In this document: positions 38,763-47,924 of the stretch, in pieces | How positions within the stretch are numbered: the first letter of the stretch is position 1 | How the letters are laid out: each line of letters begins with the position of its first letter | Source of the DNA: an uncultured Chloroflexia bacterium | Lineage (GTDB): Bacteria; Chloroflexota; Anaerolineae; Anaerolineales; UBA11858 | Length of the DNA: 64,000 bases | Direction: 5' to 3' | Assembly: GCA_963716695.1 (NCBI GenBank) | Contig: CAVQTT010000005.1 | Location: 70,194 to 134,193 of the forward strand | Made by a program: the position numbers and the translations under genes | Notes under the pieces: generated by a model | Databases searched by the model: none | What the model was told of the DNA's origin: nothing | Seen by the model: the letters and a program-made list of their open reading frames with translations, nothing else

Positions 38763-41435
38763 ATGAGTGAAAAAATCACTTTTAAGATCGATGGTCATAC
38801 TGTCCAGGCAGAAGAAGGCATGAATATCCTTGAAGCTGCCCAGGCTAATAACATTTATATCCCCCATCTTTGCAACCACCCTGACCTGATACCTGTAGGT
38901 GCCTGCCGCATGTGCGGGGTGGAGGTAGATGGCGGCAAAATGGTCATGTCCTGCATGACAACAGCCCGGGAGGGCATCGATGTCAAAACCGACAGCCCGG
39001 ATATTCAAATCGCCCGCAAGGTGACTATGGATCTGCTGATCGCTGATCACCATATGGACTGCCTGGCTTGTGAAGCCGCTGATGACTGCGGCCTGCTGAC
39101 CGTAGCGGCCTACTTGGGTATCAGGCCTGAGCTGGAAGGCGGCATCCGTCCCATGGGGCGGGATCTGCCGATCGACAAATCCAATCCGTTTTTCCAATTC
39201 GATCCCAATAAATGTATCCTGTGCGGGATCTGCGTCCGGACCTGCGACGAGATCGTCGGCCTGGGAGCATTGGGATATATCAACCGCGGTTTTAAGACAG
39301 TTGTGGGCACCTTTGGCGATAAGGGATTTGTGGATTCGATCTGCGAATCCTGCGGTGAATGTATCGCTCGCTGCCCGGTGGGAGCCCTGGTTCCCAAAAA
39401 ACCCCAGATGGCTGCCAGGGAAGTCCGAACGGTTTGCGCCTACTGCGGCGTAGGCTGCGGTATTTATTTGGGGGTCAAGGGTGACAGGATCGTCAGTGCC
39501 CGGGCCGACAGGGAGAGTCCCGCCAATCAGGGAAGTCTGTGTGTCAAAGGCAGGTATGGATTCAACTTTGTCAATCATCCTGACCGGCTGACAACTCCCC
39601 TGATCAAAAAAGAGGGTGTGTTTGAGGAAGCTACCTGGGAAGAGGCTTTTGAACTGATTGCCAAAAAATTCCAGAAAAGCAAGGGCAAGAAATTTGCAGC
39701 CTTAACATCGGCAAAATGCACCAATGAAGATAATTATCTGGTCCAGAAATTCACTCGCGCGGTGATGGGTACAAATACCATAGACCACTGCGCCAGGCTT
39801 TGACACTCTCCCAGCGTGGCCGGTCTGGTCACAAGTTTTGGTTCAGGCGCAATGACCAATTCCATTGGAGAGATCGATAATGCTGGCACGTTGTTTGTGA
39901 TCGGCTCCAATACGACAGCCGCTCATCCGGTGATCAGCCACCGCATGCGCAGGGCTGCCCAAAAGGGAGCGACCTTGATCGTTGCCAATCCCAAGGAGAT
40001 CGACCTGGTCAGGGCGGCTGATTATTTCATCCAGCCCAAACCAGGCTCGGATACCGCCCTGTTGATGGGTATGTGCCGGTCGATTATTGAGAATAATCTG
40101 CACGATAAGGCGTTCATCAAAAAGAGGACCGAAAATTTTGAGGAATTCGAAAAATCCCTCGAACCTTTCACCCCGGAATTTGTGGAAGGGATCACCGGTG
40201 TGCCCTGGGAGCAAATTGCATTGGTGGCCAGGGTTTACGCCACGAAAAAACCGGCCGCGATCTTTTATGCCATGGGCATCACCCAGCATTCTCACGGAAC
40301 AGATAATGTCATGGCAGTCGCCAACCTGGCCCTGCTGACAGGATCGATAGGAAAACCCTCCAGCGGGGTCAACCCGTTAAGAGGGCAGAATAATGTCCAG
40401 GGCGCCTGCGACCTGGGCGGCCTGCCCAATGTCTATCCTGGATACCAGCGGGTGGATGATCCTCAAAACCAGGAAAAATTCGAAAAAGCCTGGAACCGAA
40501 AACTATCTGGCGAGGTGGGCTTGACCCATACCGAGATCTTTGATGCCATCCTGGCGGGGGATATAAAATCGCTCTATATGGTGGGAGAGAACCCTGCCCT
40601 GACCGAAGCAGATGCCAAACACGCCCAAAAAGCCCTCGCGGCCCTGGATTTCCTGGTCAGCCAGGATATTTTCCTTTCTGAAAGCGCCCAATATGCGGAT
40701 GTTGTCCTTCCCGCAGCATCCTTTGCAGAAAAAGACGGCTCATTCACCAATACGGAACGCCGGGTCCAGCGGGTGCGTCAGGTGATACCTCCCCGGGGAA
40801 ATTCAAAACCCGATTGGTGGATCACATCCCAGATCGCTCTGGCCATGGGGGAAGAAGGTTTTGATTATCAGGGTCCGGAAGAGATCATGGACGAGATCAA
40901 TCAAGTTTCTCCGATCTACGGTGGTATCAGCTATCAGCGAATTGAGAAGAACAGCCTGCAGTGGCCCTGCCGGGATGGGAAGGATCCGGGAACTCCCTAC
41001 TTGCACAAAGGAAAGTTTTCCCGGGGATTGGGAAAATTCGTTCCCCTGGAATATCGACCCTCAGCAGAGATCGCGGACAAGACCTACCCGTTGATCCTGA
41101 CCACGGACCGCAGCCTGTATCACTACCATACGGTTATGACCAGAAAGGCTGAGGGGTTGGATGAACTGCATAGCGAGGAGCTGATCATGCTTCACCCTGT
41201 TGATGCGGAGAAGTTTGGGGTAGTGGACGGCCAGTGGGTAGAAATCTCTTCCCGCCGGGGCAAGATCAAGGCCCGGGCCCGGGTGACAGATATCTGCCAG
41301 CCTGGCATGGTGTCCATGACCTTCCATTTTGTGGAAGCCCCGACCAACGAGATCACCAATCCTGCCCTGGATCCGATCGCCAAGATACCGGAAACCAAAG
41401 TGAGCGCTGTTAAGATCAAAGCCCTCAAGGATTAA
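38763..41435 (+). CDS. fdhA: formate dehydrogenase alpha subunit, selenocysteine-containing (UGA 39801-39803 read through)
   Basis: Track ORFs 38763..39803 and 39816..41435 share a frame. N-terminal 2Fe-2S and 4Fe-4S domains, then the molybdopterin domain [26 protein letters not shown] at the catalytic Sec/Cys site. C-terminal MopB barrel. Confidence 0.88.
39816..39832 (+). promoter_or_regulatory. SECIS-like hairpin 12 nt downstream of the UGA
   Basis: GUGGCC-GGUCU-GGUCAC: 6-bp stem (one G-U) with a GGUC-containing loop resembling the E. coli fdhF SECIS apex. Confidence 0.5.
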
Positions 41436-41462
41436 AAGCATCCCTCTGCAAACCCAAAATAA

Positions 41463-41496
41463 AAAGAAACGTTATCCGTCTGGATAACGTTTCTTT
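41463..41496. terminator. bidirectional rho-independent terminator between fdhA and the DoxX gene
   Basis: aaagaaacgttatcc-gtct-ggataacgtttcttt, a 15-bp perfect stem with A-run and T-run flanks. Confidence 0.7.
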
Positions 41497-41522
41497 GATT
41501 AAGCGCTCTTTAGTGATCTGTA

Positions 41523-41894
41523 TTAAAGGAAAAACCGCCCGTAGCTGACCAGGATCGCTAAAGAAAACAGGACTCCATTCACAAAACCCATCGGAACCAG
41601 TTCTTTTCTCCTCAGATGGGTCAGGAATGCGCCCACCATGGTTAATCCCAGGCCCAGCGCTGCCAAAGGTGTCAGCCAGGGAAGGATGCCGGTTGCCCAG
41701 GGCAGGATCAGGCCCAAAGCCCCCAGGATTTCCAGGAGGCCGATGCCTTTAACCTGCCCCTGGGAAAAATCTTCCACAAAACCCATTTGATCTTTAAGGT
41801 CAGCTTTTTTCTTGATCAATTTCATCAATCCAGTCATCATAAATACACCTGCCAAAATTCCCTGACCTATCCAGAAGACGATATTCATTACCAC
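41523..41894 (-). CDS. DoxX family membrane protein
   Basis: 123 aa, 4 TM. GILAGVFMMTGLMKL... pattern. Confidence 0.65.
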   Translation of the reverse strand: MVMNIVFWIGQGILAGVFMMTGLMKLIKKKADLKDQMGFVEDFSQGQVKGIGLLEILGALGLILPWATGILPWLTPLAALGLGLTMVGAFLTHLRRKELVPMGFVNGVLFSLAILVSYGRFFL

Positions 41895-41982
41895 TCCTGA
41901 TGATCGAGATAATAGTTCTGCTTCGATGAATATAGCCAGGATATTCTTCCGGCTGGATAGCTGACAGGGGCAGAGTCTGGAG

Positions 41983-43503
41983 CTAGACCTGCTCCCGGGG
42001 TTGATACTGGAGGGCTTCGGCCAAATGGATTGGTGTGATCTGATCCTCCCCGGCCAGATCTGCGATCGTCCGGGCCAGTTTGAGGACCCGATGATAGGCC
42101 CGGGCCGAGAGTCCCAGCTGCTGGAGAGCGGTTCTGATCAGAATCTGGCCGTTCTGATCCAGAGTGCAGTGCTCCCGGATCTCCCGCGGGGTCAGGTCGC
42201 TGTTGGTTGATCGGGGCGAGTTTATCAGGCGGGCTTCCTGGCGGACCCGGGCAGCCTCGACCCGTTTCCTGACCAGGCTGGAGGACTCTCCCAGGCGGCT
42301 GGAACTGAGTTTTTCAAAATCCACCCGGGGAACATCAACCTGGATATCGATCCTGTCCAGCAGCGGTCCTGAGATGCGTTTTTGATAGCGAGTGATCACC
42401 GAGGCAGAACAGCTGCAAGCCCTGAGGGGATCTCCGAAATAACCGCAGGGGCAGGGATTCATGGCGGCGATCAGCATAAAGTTGGAGGGGAAGGTCAGAG
42501 AACCCTGGGCCCGACTGATGGTGACAACCTTATCTTCCAGGGGCTGCCGCAGCACTTCCAGCACCCGGCGGCCGAACTCAGGGAATTCGTCCAGGAAGAG
42601 CACACCGCGGTGAGCCAGGGAGATCTCGCCTGGCTGGGGCCAGGTGCCGCCGCCCACCAGGCCAGCGTGAGAGATGGTATGGTGGGGCGCCCTGAAAGGG
42701 CGGTGCTGGACGAGAGGCGTATCCCCCGGCAGCTGATCGAGGATCGAATAGATCCGGGTCACATCCAGGGCCTCGTCGAGTGCCATGCGGGGCATGATCC
42801 CCGGAAGCGATCGAGCTAGCAGGGTTTTTCCTGCCCCTGGAGGACCGTTCATCAGGACATTATGGTTCCCGGCAGCTGCGACCTCAAAGGCTCTTTTGAC
42901 ATATTCCTGGCCTTTGATATCGCTGAAATCGGTTTGGGTTTCGCGGGGTGGCAGCTCCTGGATGGGAGCGCTCTGATGGGGAGTTATATTTTGAACACCG
43001 GTCAGATGCTGAACCAGTTCTGCCAGGTTTTGGACTGGCAATACTTTTAGGTCCGGCACCAGGGAGGCTTCCGGAGCATCTTCCGCTGGAACACAGATCG
43101 TTTTAAAACCCTGGTCCCGGGCCATGGCCGCCATGGGCAGCAAACCGGTTGTATGGCGGACTGAGCCGTCCAGAGATAATTCTCCCACGATCAGCATTTC
43201 ATCCAGGCTTTCCTGGCCTACGATCCCAAAGGCAGTCAGAATTCCGACTGCCATGGGCAGGTCATAGGCCGGTCCTTCTTTTTGCACATTGGCTGGCGCC
43301 AGGTTGATCACGATCGATCGGCGGGGGAAATTCAGAGGAATATTCTTGATCGCGGCTCGAACCCGTTCCCGGCTTTCTTTAACCGCTGTATCCGGGAGCC
43401 CAACCACAAATATGTGGCCAAAACCGCTGGTGAAATCAACTTCTACTTCAACTAAAACCCCCTCCAACCCCAGCACCGCGCAGGAAAAAACGCGAGCAGG
43501 CAT
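41983..43503 (-). CDS. comM: YifB/ComM family Mg-chelatase-like ATPase
   Basis: 506 aa. N-terminal Lon-like domain, Walker A GPPGAGKT, LFLDEFPEF, CPCGY zinc motif. Confidence 0.85.
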   Translation of the reverse strand: MPARVFSCAVLGLEGVLVEVEVDFTSGFGHIFVVGLPDTAVKESRERVRAAIKNIPLNFPRRSIVINLAPANVQKEGPAYDLPMAVGILTAFGIVGQESLDEMLIVGELSLDGSVRHTTGLLPMAAMARDQGFKTICVPAEDAPEASLVPDLKVLPVQNLAELVQHLTGVQNITPHQSAPIQELPPRETQTDFSDIKGQEYVKRAFEVAAAGNHNVLMNGPPGAGKTLLARSLPGIMPRMALDEALDVTRIYSILDQLPGDTPLVQHRPFRAPHHTISHAGLVGGGTWPQPGEISLAHRGVLFLDEFPEFGRRVLEVLRQPLEDKVVTISRAQGSLTFPSNFMLIAAMNPCPCGYFGDPLRACSCSASVITRYQKRISGPLLDRIDIQVDVPRVDFEKLSSSRLGESSSLVRKRVEAARVRQEARLINSPRSTNSDLTPREIREHCTLDQNGQILIRTALQQLGLSARAYHRVLKLARTIADLAGEDQITPIHLAEALQYQPREQV

Positions 43504-43631
43504 GAATCCAGTGTAGATGGTGGGCTGGGCGATGTCAATGGGAAGGGATAAAAAACCGGGTATTATTCAGACGGATTGGAGCGTTCCTGATTGAGGAGTC
43601 CGTTGATTTCTCCTCACCAGGACAGCCTTTT

Positions 43632-44984
43632 TCAGGATTGGACCTGGGCAAAAACCCGCTCGATCGATTTGGACAGGATCCTGACGCTGGTTGTGATCTG
43701 TTCTTCCGTGATGATAAAAGGAGGCGCGAACATCAGATGGTCTCCTTTGATTCCGTCCACACAGCCGCTGCCAGGGTAAAGGATCAGGCCGTCTGCGAAG
43801 GCAGCATCAGCTACTTTTTGAGAGAAATGGAAGTTGGGATCGAAGGGCTGCCGGGTTTTTTTATCTTCCACAAACTCGATCCCCCACATCATCCCCAGGC
43901 CGCGGACTTCGCCGACAGAGCTGGACTGCCCCAATTGGTCCTTGAACAGTTGCTGGATGAATATCCCCAGTTCCGCAGAGCGTTCCACGAGCTGATTATC
44001 CTGCAGATACTTGAGGGTAGCCAGGCCGGCTGCACAGCCGACAGCATGATGGGAATAGGTGCCCCCGTGGTTAAAATTTCCGCTGCCCTGGGCGATAAGG
44101 TCAACAAGTGAACCCTTCACCGCCAGGATGCTGAGTGGAAAATATCCGCTGGTAGCGCCTTTGCCTATGGTGATAATATCGGGAACCAGGTTCCAGTGCT
44201 CTGCGGCGAACCATTTTCCAGTTCGTCCCATACCTGTCATGACTTCATCCAGGATCAGCAAGACGCCGTACTGGTCGCAGATCTCCCTGATCCGGGTCCA
44301 ATACCCATCAGGTGGGAGGACCGCACCCAGGGTTGCTCCGCTGATCGGTTCAGCGATAAAGGCGCTGATATTCTCCGGTCCACCCTCCAGGATCTCTTTC
44401 TCGAGCTGGTTGGCGCAGGCCAGCTGGCAGCTTTCTATTTCCAATCCGAAGGGGCAGCGGTAGCAATAGGGAGGTGGGATGTGCGGCATATCCCGAAGCA
44501 GCGGAAGGTAAGGAGCGCGCAAGCTGTCTTTTCCGCTCACCGCCATGGCACCCATCGAAAGCCCGTGATAGGACATCCAGCGTGAAATGACCAGGTGGCG
44601 GGTTTTATCACCTCTCTCCAGGTGGATCTGACGGGCCAATTTCAGGGCCGCTTCAGTTGCTTCTGAGCCGCTGGTCAGATAGTAAAATTTGGGGTCCGGC
44701 AGCGGTACGACCTCCGCCAAGGCCTGGGAATAATCTTCCAGGGCGCTGCTGGTGAAGGTGCTGGCATGCAGGTAAGCTGCCTGCCCGGCCTGCTCGGCGA
44801 GCGCTTCAACAATTTTCGATACGCCATGTCCGGCATTGACCACAATTGCTCCCCCTGAACCGTCCAGGTAGCGTTTCCCGTCAGCATCATAGAGATAGAC
44901 ACCCTCTGCGCGGACGATCCGGGGATGTTCTTTTCCCATGCTCCTGTAAAAAACCTGTCCCTGGGGGTGTTTATATCCGTTCAT
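43632..44984 (-). CDS. class III (omega) aminotransferase, PLP-dependent
   Basis: 450 aa. [39 protein letters not shown] (PLP lysine). The start overlaps the thiolase stop (ATGA). Confidence 0.85.
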   Translation of the reverse strand: MNGYKHPQGQVFYRSMGKEHPRIVRAEGVYLYDADGKRYLDGSGGAIVVNAGHGVSKIVEALAEQAGQAAYLHASTFTSSALEDYSQALAEVVPLPDPKFYYLTSGSEATEAALKLARQIHLERGDKTRHLVISRWMSYHGLSMGAMAVSGKDSLRAPYLPLLRDMPHIPPPYCYRCPFGLEIESCQLACANQLEKEILEGGPENISAFIAEPISGATLGAVLPPDGYWTRIREICDQYGVLLILDEVMTGMGRTGKWFAAEHWNLVPDIITIGKGATSGYFPLSILAVKGSLVDLIAQGSGNFNHGGTYSHHAVGCAAGLATLKYLQDNQLVERSAELGIFIQQLFKDQLGQSSSVGEVRGLGMMWGIEFVEDKKTRQPFDPNFHFSQKVADAAFADGLILYPGSGCVDGIKGDHLMFAPPFIITEEQITTSVRILSKSIERVFAQVQS

Positions 44985-46167
44985 CGCTCAATCACAATGC
45001 TGAGACCCATACCCCCGCTGACACATAATGTCGCCAGTCCAAGTTCAGCATCCCTGTTTTTCAGGGCATGGGTTAAGGTGACCAGTATCCGGGCCCCAGT
45101 ACAGCCAGTTGGATGTCCTAAAGCGACCGCGCCGCCATTCACATTGCGGCGCGCTGGATCCCAGGCGAGTTCTTTTTCCACGATCAGTACCTGGGCTGCA
45201 AAGGCCTCGTTGATCTCGATCAGGTCAAAGTCATCGATAGTTTGGTTCCGGTTTGGTCCATGACTTTGCGGGTGGCCGGGACAGGGCCCAACCCCATGCG
45301 CTCCGGGGCTACGCCAGCGCTGGCATAGCCCTTGATCCATGCCAGGGGCTCAAGGCCCTCACTCCTGGCCAGATCAGCTCTCATGAGAACCAGGGCTGCC
45401 GCGCCGTCGGTGATCCCGCTGGCATTGGCTGCCGTGATCGTTCCTCCCTCTTCAGCTCCGCGGAAGACAGGTTCTAACTGAGCCAGTTTTTCGAGGGTCG
45501 AATCAGCCCGGGGGCGCTCATCCCGTTCCACGAGGGTGGTTTTTTTGCGATCCTGCACTTCAACCGGGATGACTTCGGCTTCAAAATTTCCACCCTCCCA
45601 GGAGGCGATAGCCTTTTGATGGCTGCCCAGGGCAAATTGGTCTTGCTGCTCGCGGGTGATACGGTATTCCTCAGCCAGCCGGTCCACAGTTTCACCCATG
45701 ACCATCTCCGCCAGGGGGCAGAAATATCCATCCTGATAATTGGAATCAACCAGGCTGTCATTACCGAGACGGTATCCCCAGCGGGCTTTCAGCAGCAGAT
45801 AGGGTATCTGCGACATTTGCTCCACTCCCCCGGCCAACACGATCTGATTTTCACCCAGCAGAATCGATTGAGCGCCGAGAAGGACGGATTTTAAGCCTGA
45901 TCCGCAGGCCTGGTTGACCGTATAGGCTGGTTTTTCTACCGGCACCTGACTTCGGAAGGCGATCTGTCGGGCCAGGTTGGGTCCGTTTCCAGCTTGGCGG
46001 GCGCTGCCGATGATGGTTTCGTCGATCCGGTCAGGGGTGATGCCAGCCCTGCGGATGGCTTCAGCGGCAGCTATTCTTCCCAACTGGGCTGCTGAAAGAT
46101 CTTTTAAGGCGCCGCCGAAATTTCCGATCGGGGTCCGGACTGCAGAAATGATGGCAATATCAGACAT
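44981..46167 (-). pseudogene. acetyl-CoA C-acetyltransferase (thiolase II), frameshift near 45241-45249
   Basis: Track ORFs 45220..46167 (VNQACGSGL active-site Cys) and 44981..45340 ([33 protein letters not shown]). Junction ...RKVMDQTG(T)/[15 protein letters not shown] at ggaaccaaa. Confidence 0.8.
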
Positions 46168-46235
46168 GATCCTACCTTTGATAAAACTTGTTCCGCTCTT
46201 AATATTGATCCTGGCCCCTGAATGGCAGGAGCCAC

Positions 46236-47011
46236 TTATTTGGAAGTGTAGATCCCTTCGGGATCCAGTTCATTTCGAATAATATCCAGTTCTTCCTCTG
46301 AAGGAGGCGGGGCTGTTCCAAGATCCTCAGCGATCTGCAGCGGCCAGGAAATCTCATCTTCAATTTCAGCTCTGCTGAATCCTGGATAGATGGCAGAGAG
46401 GGTCATCTCCCCCTCGCGGAAGTCAAAAATTGCCTTGTTGGTGATCACCAGGCGGGGCCCCGATCCAGGCATCCCGGATTCCTGCCCGTTCCCCGGGTTT
46501 GCCCGTGAGGTATCCCGGAGAGGTTATAAAATCCAAGCTTATCCACAAAACCGCGTTTGCTCAACGGCATGATCAGGAAGACTTTTTTGGCGTGGATCGC
46601 GATCTCGCAGGCTCCCCCGCTTCCTGGAAGCCGGACCTTGGGTTCGTGATAATCACCGATCACCGTTGAATTCAGATTGCCGTGGCGGTCGATCTGGGCT
46701 GCCCCCAAAAAGGCGCATTCAATCCTGCCTCCCTGGAGATAGTTCAGGAACAGATCGGTCATTCCCACCACCGATGTCGCGCCGCTGACCAGTGTTGGAT
46801 CACCAATGGATAGCGGGAGGCGAGCCGGGGAGGCACCAAAGACACCCGATTCGTAAACCAATTCCAAATTGGGGGAACAGGTCCGTTTGGCGAGATTGCA
46901 GGCGATATTTGGCATCCCGACACCCACAAAAACCACCCTTTCCTCTGCCAGGGACCGGGCGGCAGTTGTGATCATCATCTCTGCTGGAGTATAGCTGGAC
47001 TTTTTATCCAT
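46236..47011 (-). pseudogene. CoA-transferase subunit B, two frameshifts (about 46533 and about 46473)
   Basis: Start MDKKSSYTPAEMMITTAARSL at 47011. By analogy to 27562..28329 the reading is ...FVDKL/DFITSPGYLTGKPGERAGIR/MPGSGPRLVITNKAIFDFREGEMTL.... A middle 20-codon stretch lies in the third frame. Confidence 0.75.
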
Positions 47012-47924
47012 AGACACCATAATTGACAGGTTCTGAGGGTGCATTGCCCGGGGCCAGCCGCTCCCAGATCCCGGGTTCCAGGTCTTGAAGTTTTGCGAGA
47101 TAAGCTTTCCAATCAGCCAGATCGTAGATCCAGGTTTTGAGCCACTCTTCTGTTGCGGTTTGATCGCGGGAGATCTCCTCCCAGGCCAGATAACTTTGAT
47201 TATCCCGGTCATAATAACCCTGCACATAGGAGGGATGGGCTCCGTAGGGTTGGTGAACAACAGCATCGACCAGAATATGGGGAATTAATGTGCGGTTGGG
47301 ATCACTGCGGATGGTTTCCTCGGAGACGATCTCCTCAACCACAACAATCAGGTTTTTGGCAGCAAAGGCGACTTCTTTTTGCATCCCGATCAATCCCCAG
47401 AGCTGGGTGTTGCCCTGTTTATCACAGCGCTGGGCATGGATGATGGCGGTATCAGGATGCAGAGCGGGCACTACGGCGATCTGATCGGTGCCGTAAGGAT
47501 TGGTGATGAATTGGATGTTGGTATTTACCCGGGCCAGGTCGGTTCCGGTATAACTTTTCAGCGGGAAAAACGGCAGTCCGGCAGCCGCTGCAGTGTAGCG
47601 GCCGACCATGCCAAAGTGGGAATACTCCTCAATATCCAATTTCCGGGGGATGCCTTTTTCAATCGCCCGGCGGATGCAGTGCAGGGAACCCACACCCGGA
47701 TTACCGAGGTAACTGAAGATCAGTTTGCTGGCACATCCGGCGGCAACCATCTGGTCGTAGATCAGGTCTGGTGTCATCCGGCACAGGGTCAGATTCTTGA
47801 TCCGCTGGCGGATGATCTCATGGCCCGCGGCAAACCCAATGAAGGCAGTAAAACCTTCGATGGCGATCGTGTCGCCGTCCCTGATGTATTTGCTGACAGC
47901 CTCCTTCAGGGATAATAATTTCAT
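47004..47924 (-). CDS. CoA-transferase subunit A (GctA-like), paralog of 28326..29309
   Basis: EAVSKYIRDGDTIAIEG, IIHAQRCDKQGN, IPHILVDAVVHQPYGAHPS. The start overlaps the AOR stop. Confidence 0.8.
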   Translation of the reverse strand: MKLLSLKEAVSKYIRDGDTIAIEGFTAFIGFAAGHEIIRQRIKNLTLCRMTPDLIYDQMVAAGCASKLIFSYLGNPGVGSLHCIRRAIEKGIPRKLDIEEYSHFGMVGRYTAAAAGLPFFPLKSYTGTDLARVNTNIQFITNPYGTDQIAVVPALHPDTAIIHAQRCDKQGNTQLWGLIGMQKEVAFAAKNLIVVVEEIVSEETIRSDPNRTLIPHILVDAVVHQPYGAHPSYVQGYYDRDNQSYLAWEEISRDQTATEEWLKTWIYDLADWKAYLAKLQDLEPGIWERLAPGNAPSEPVNYGVYG

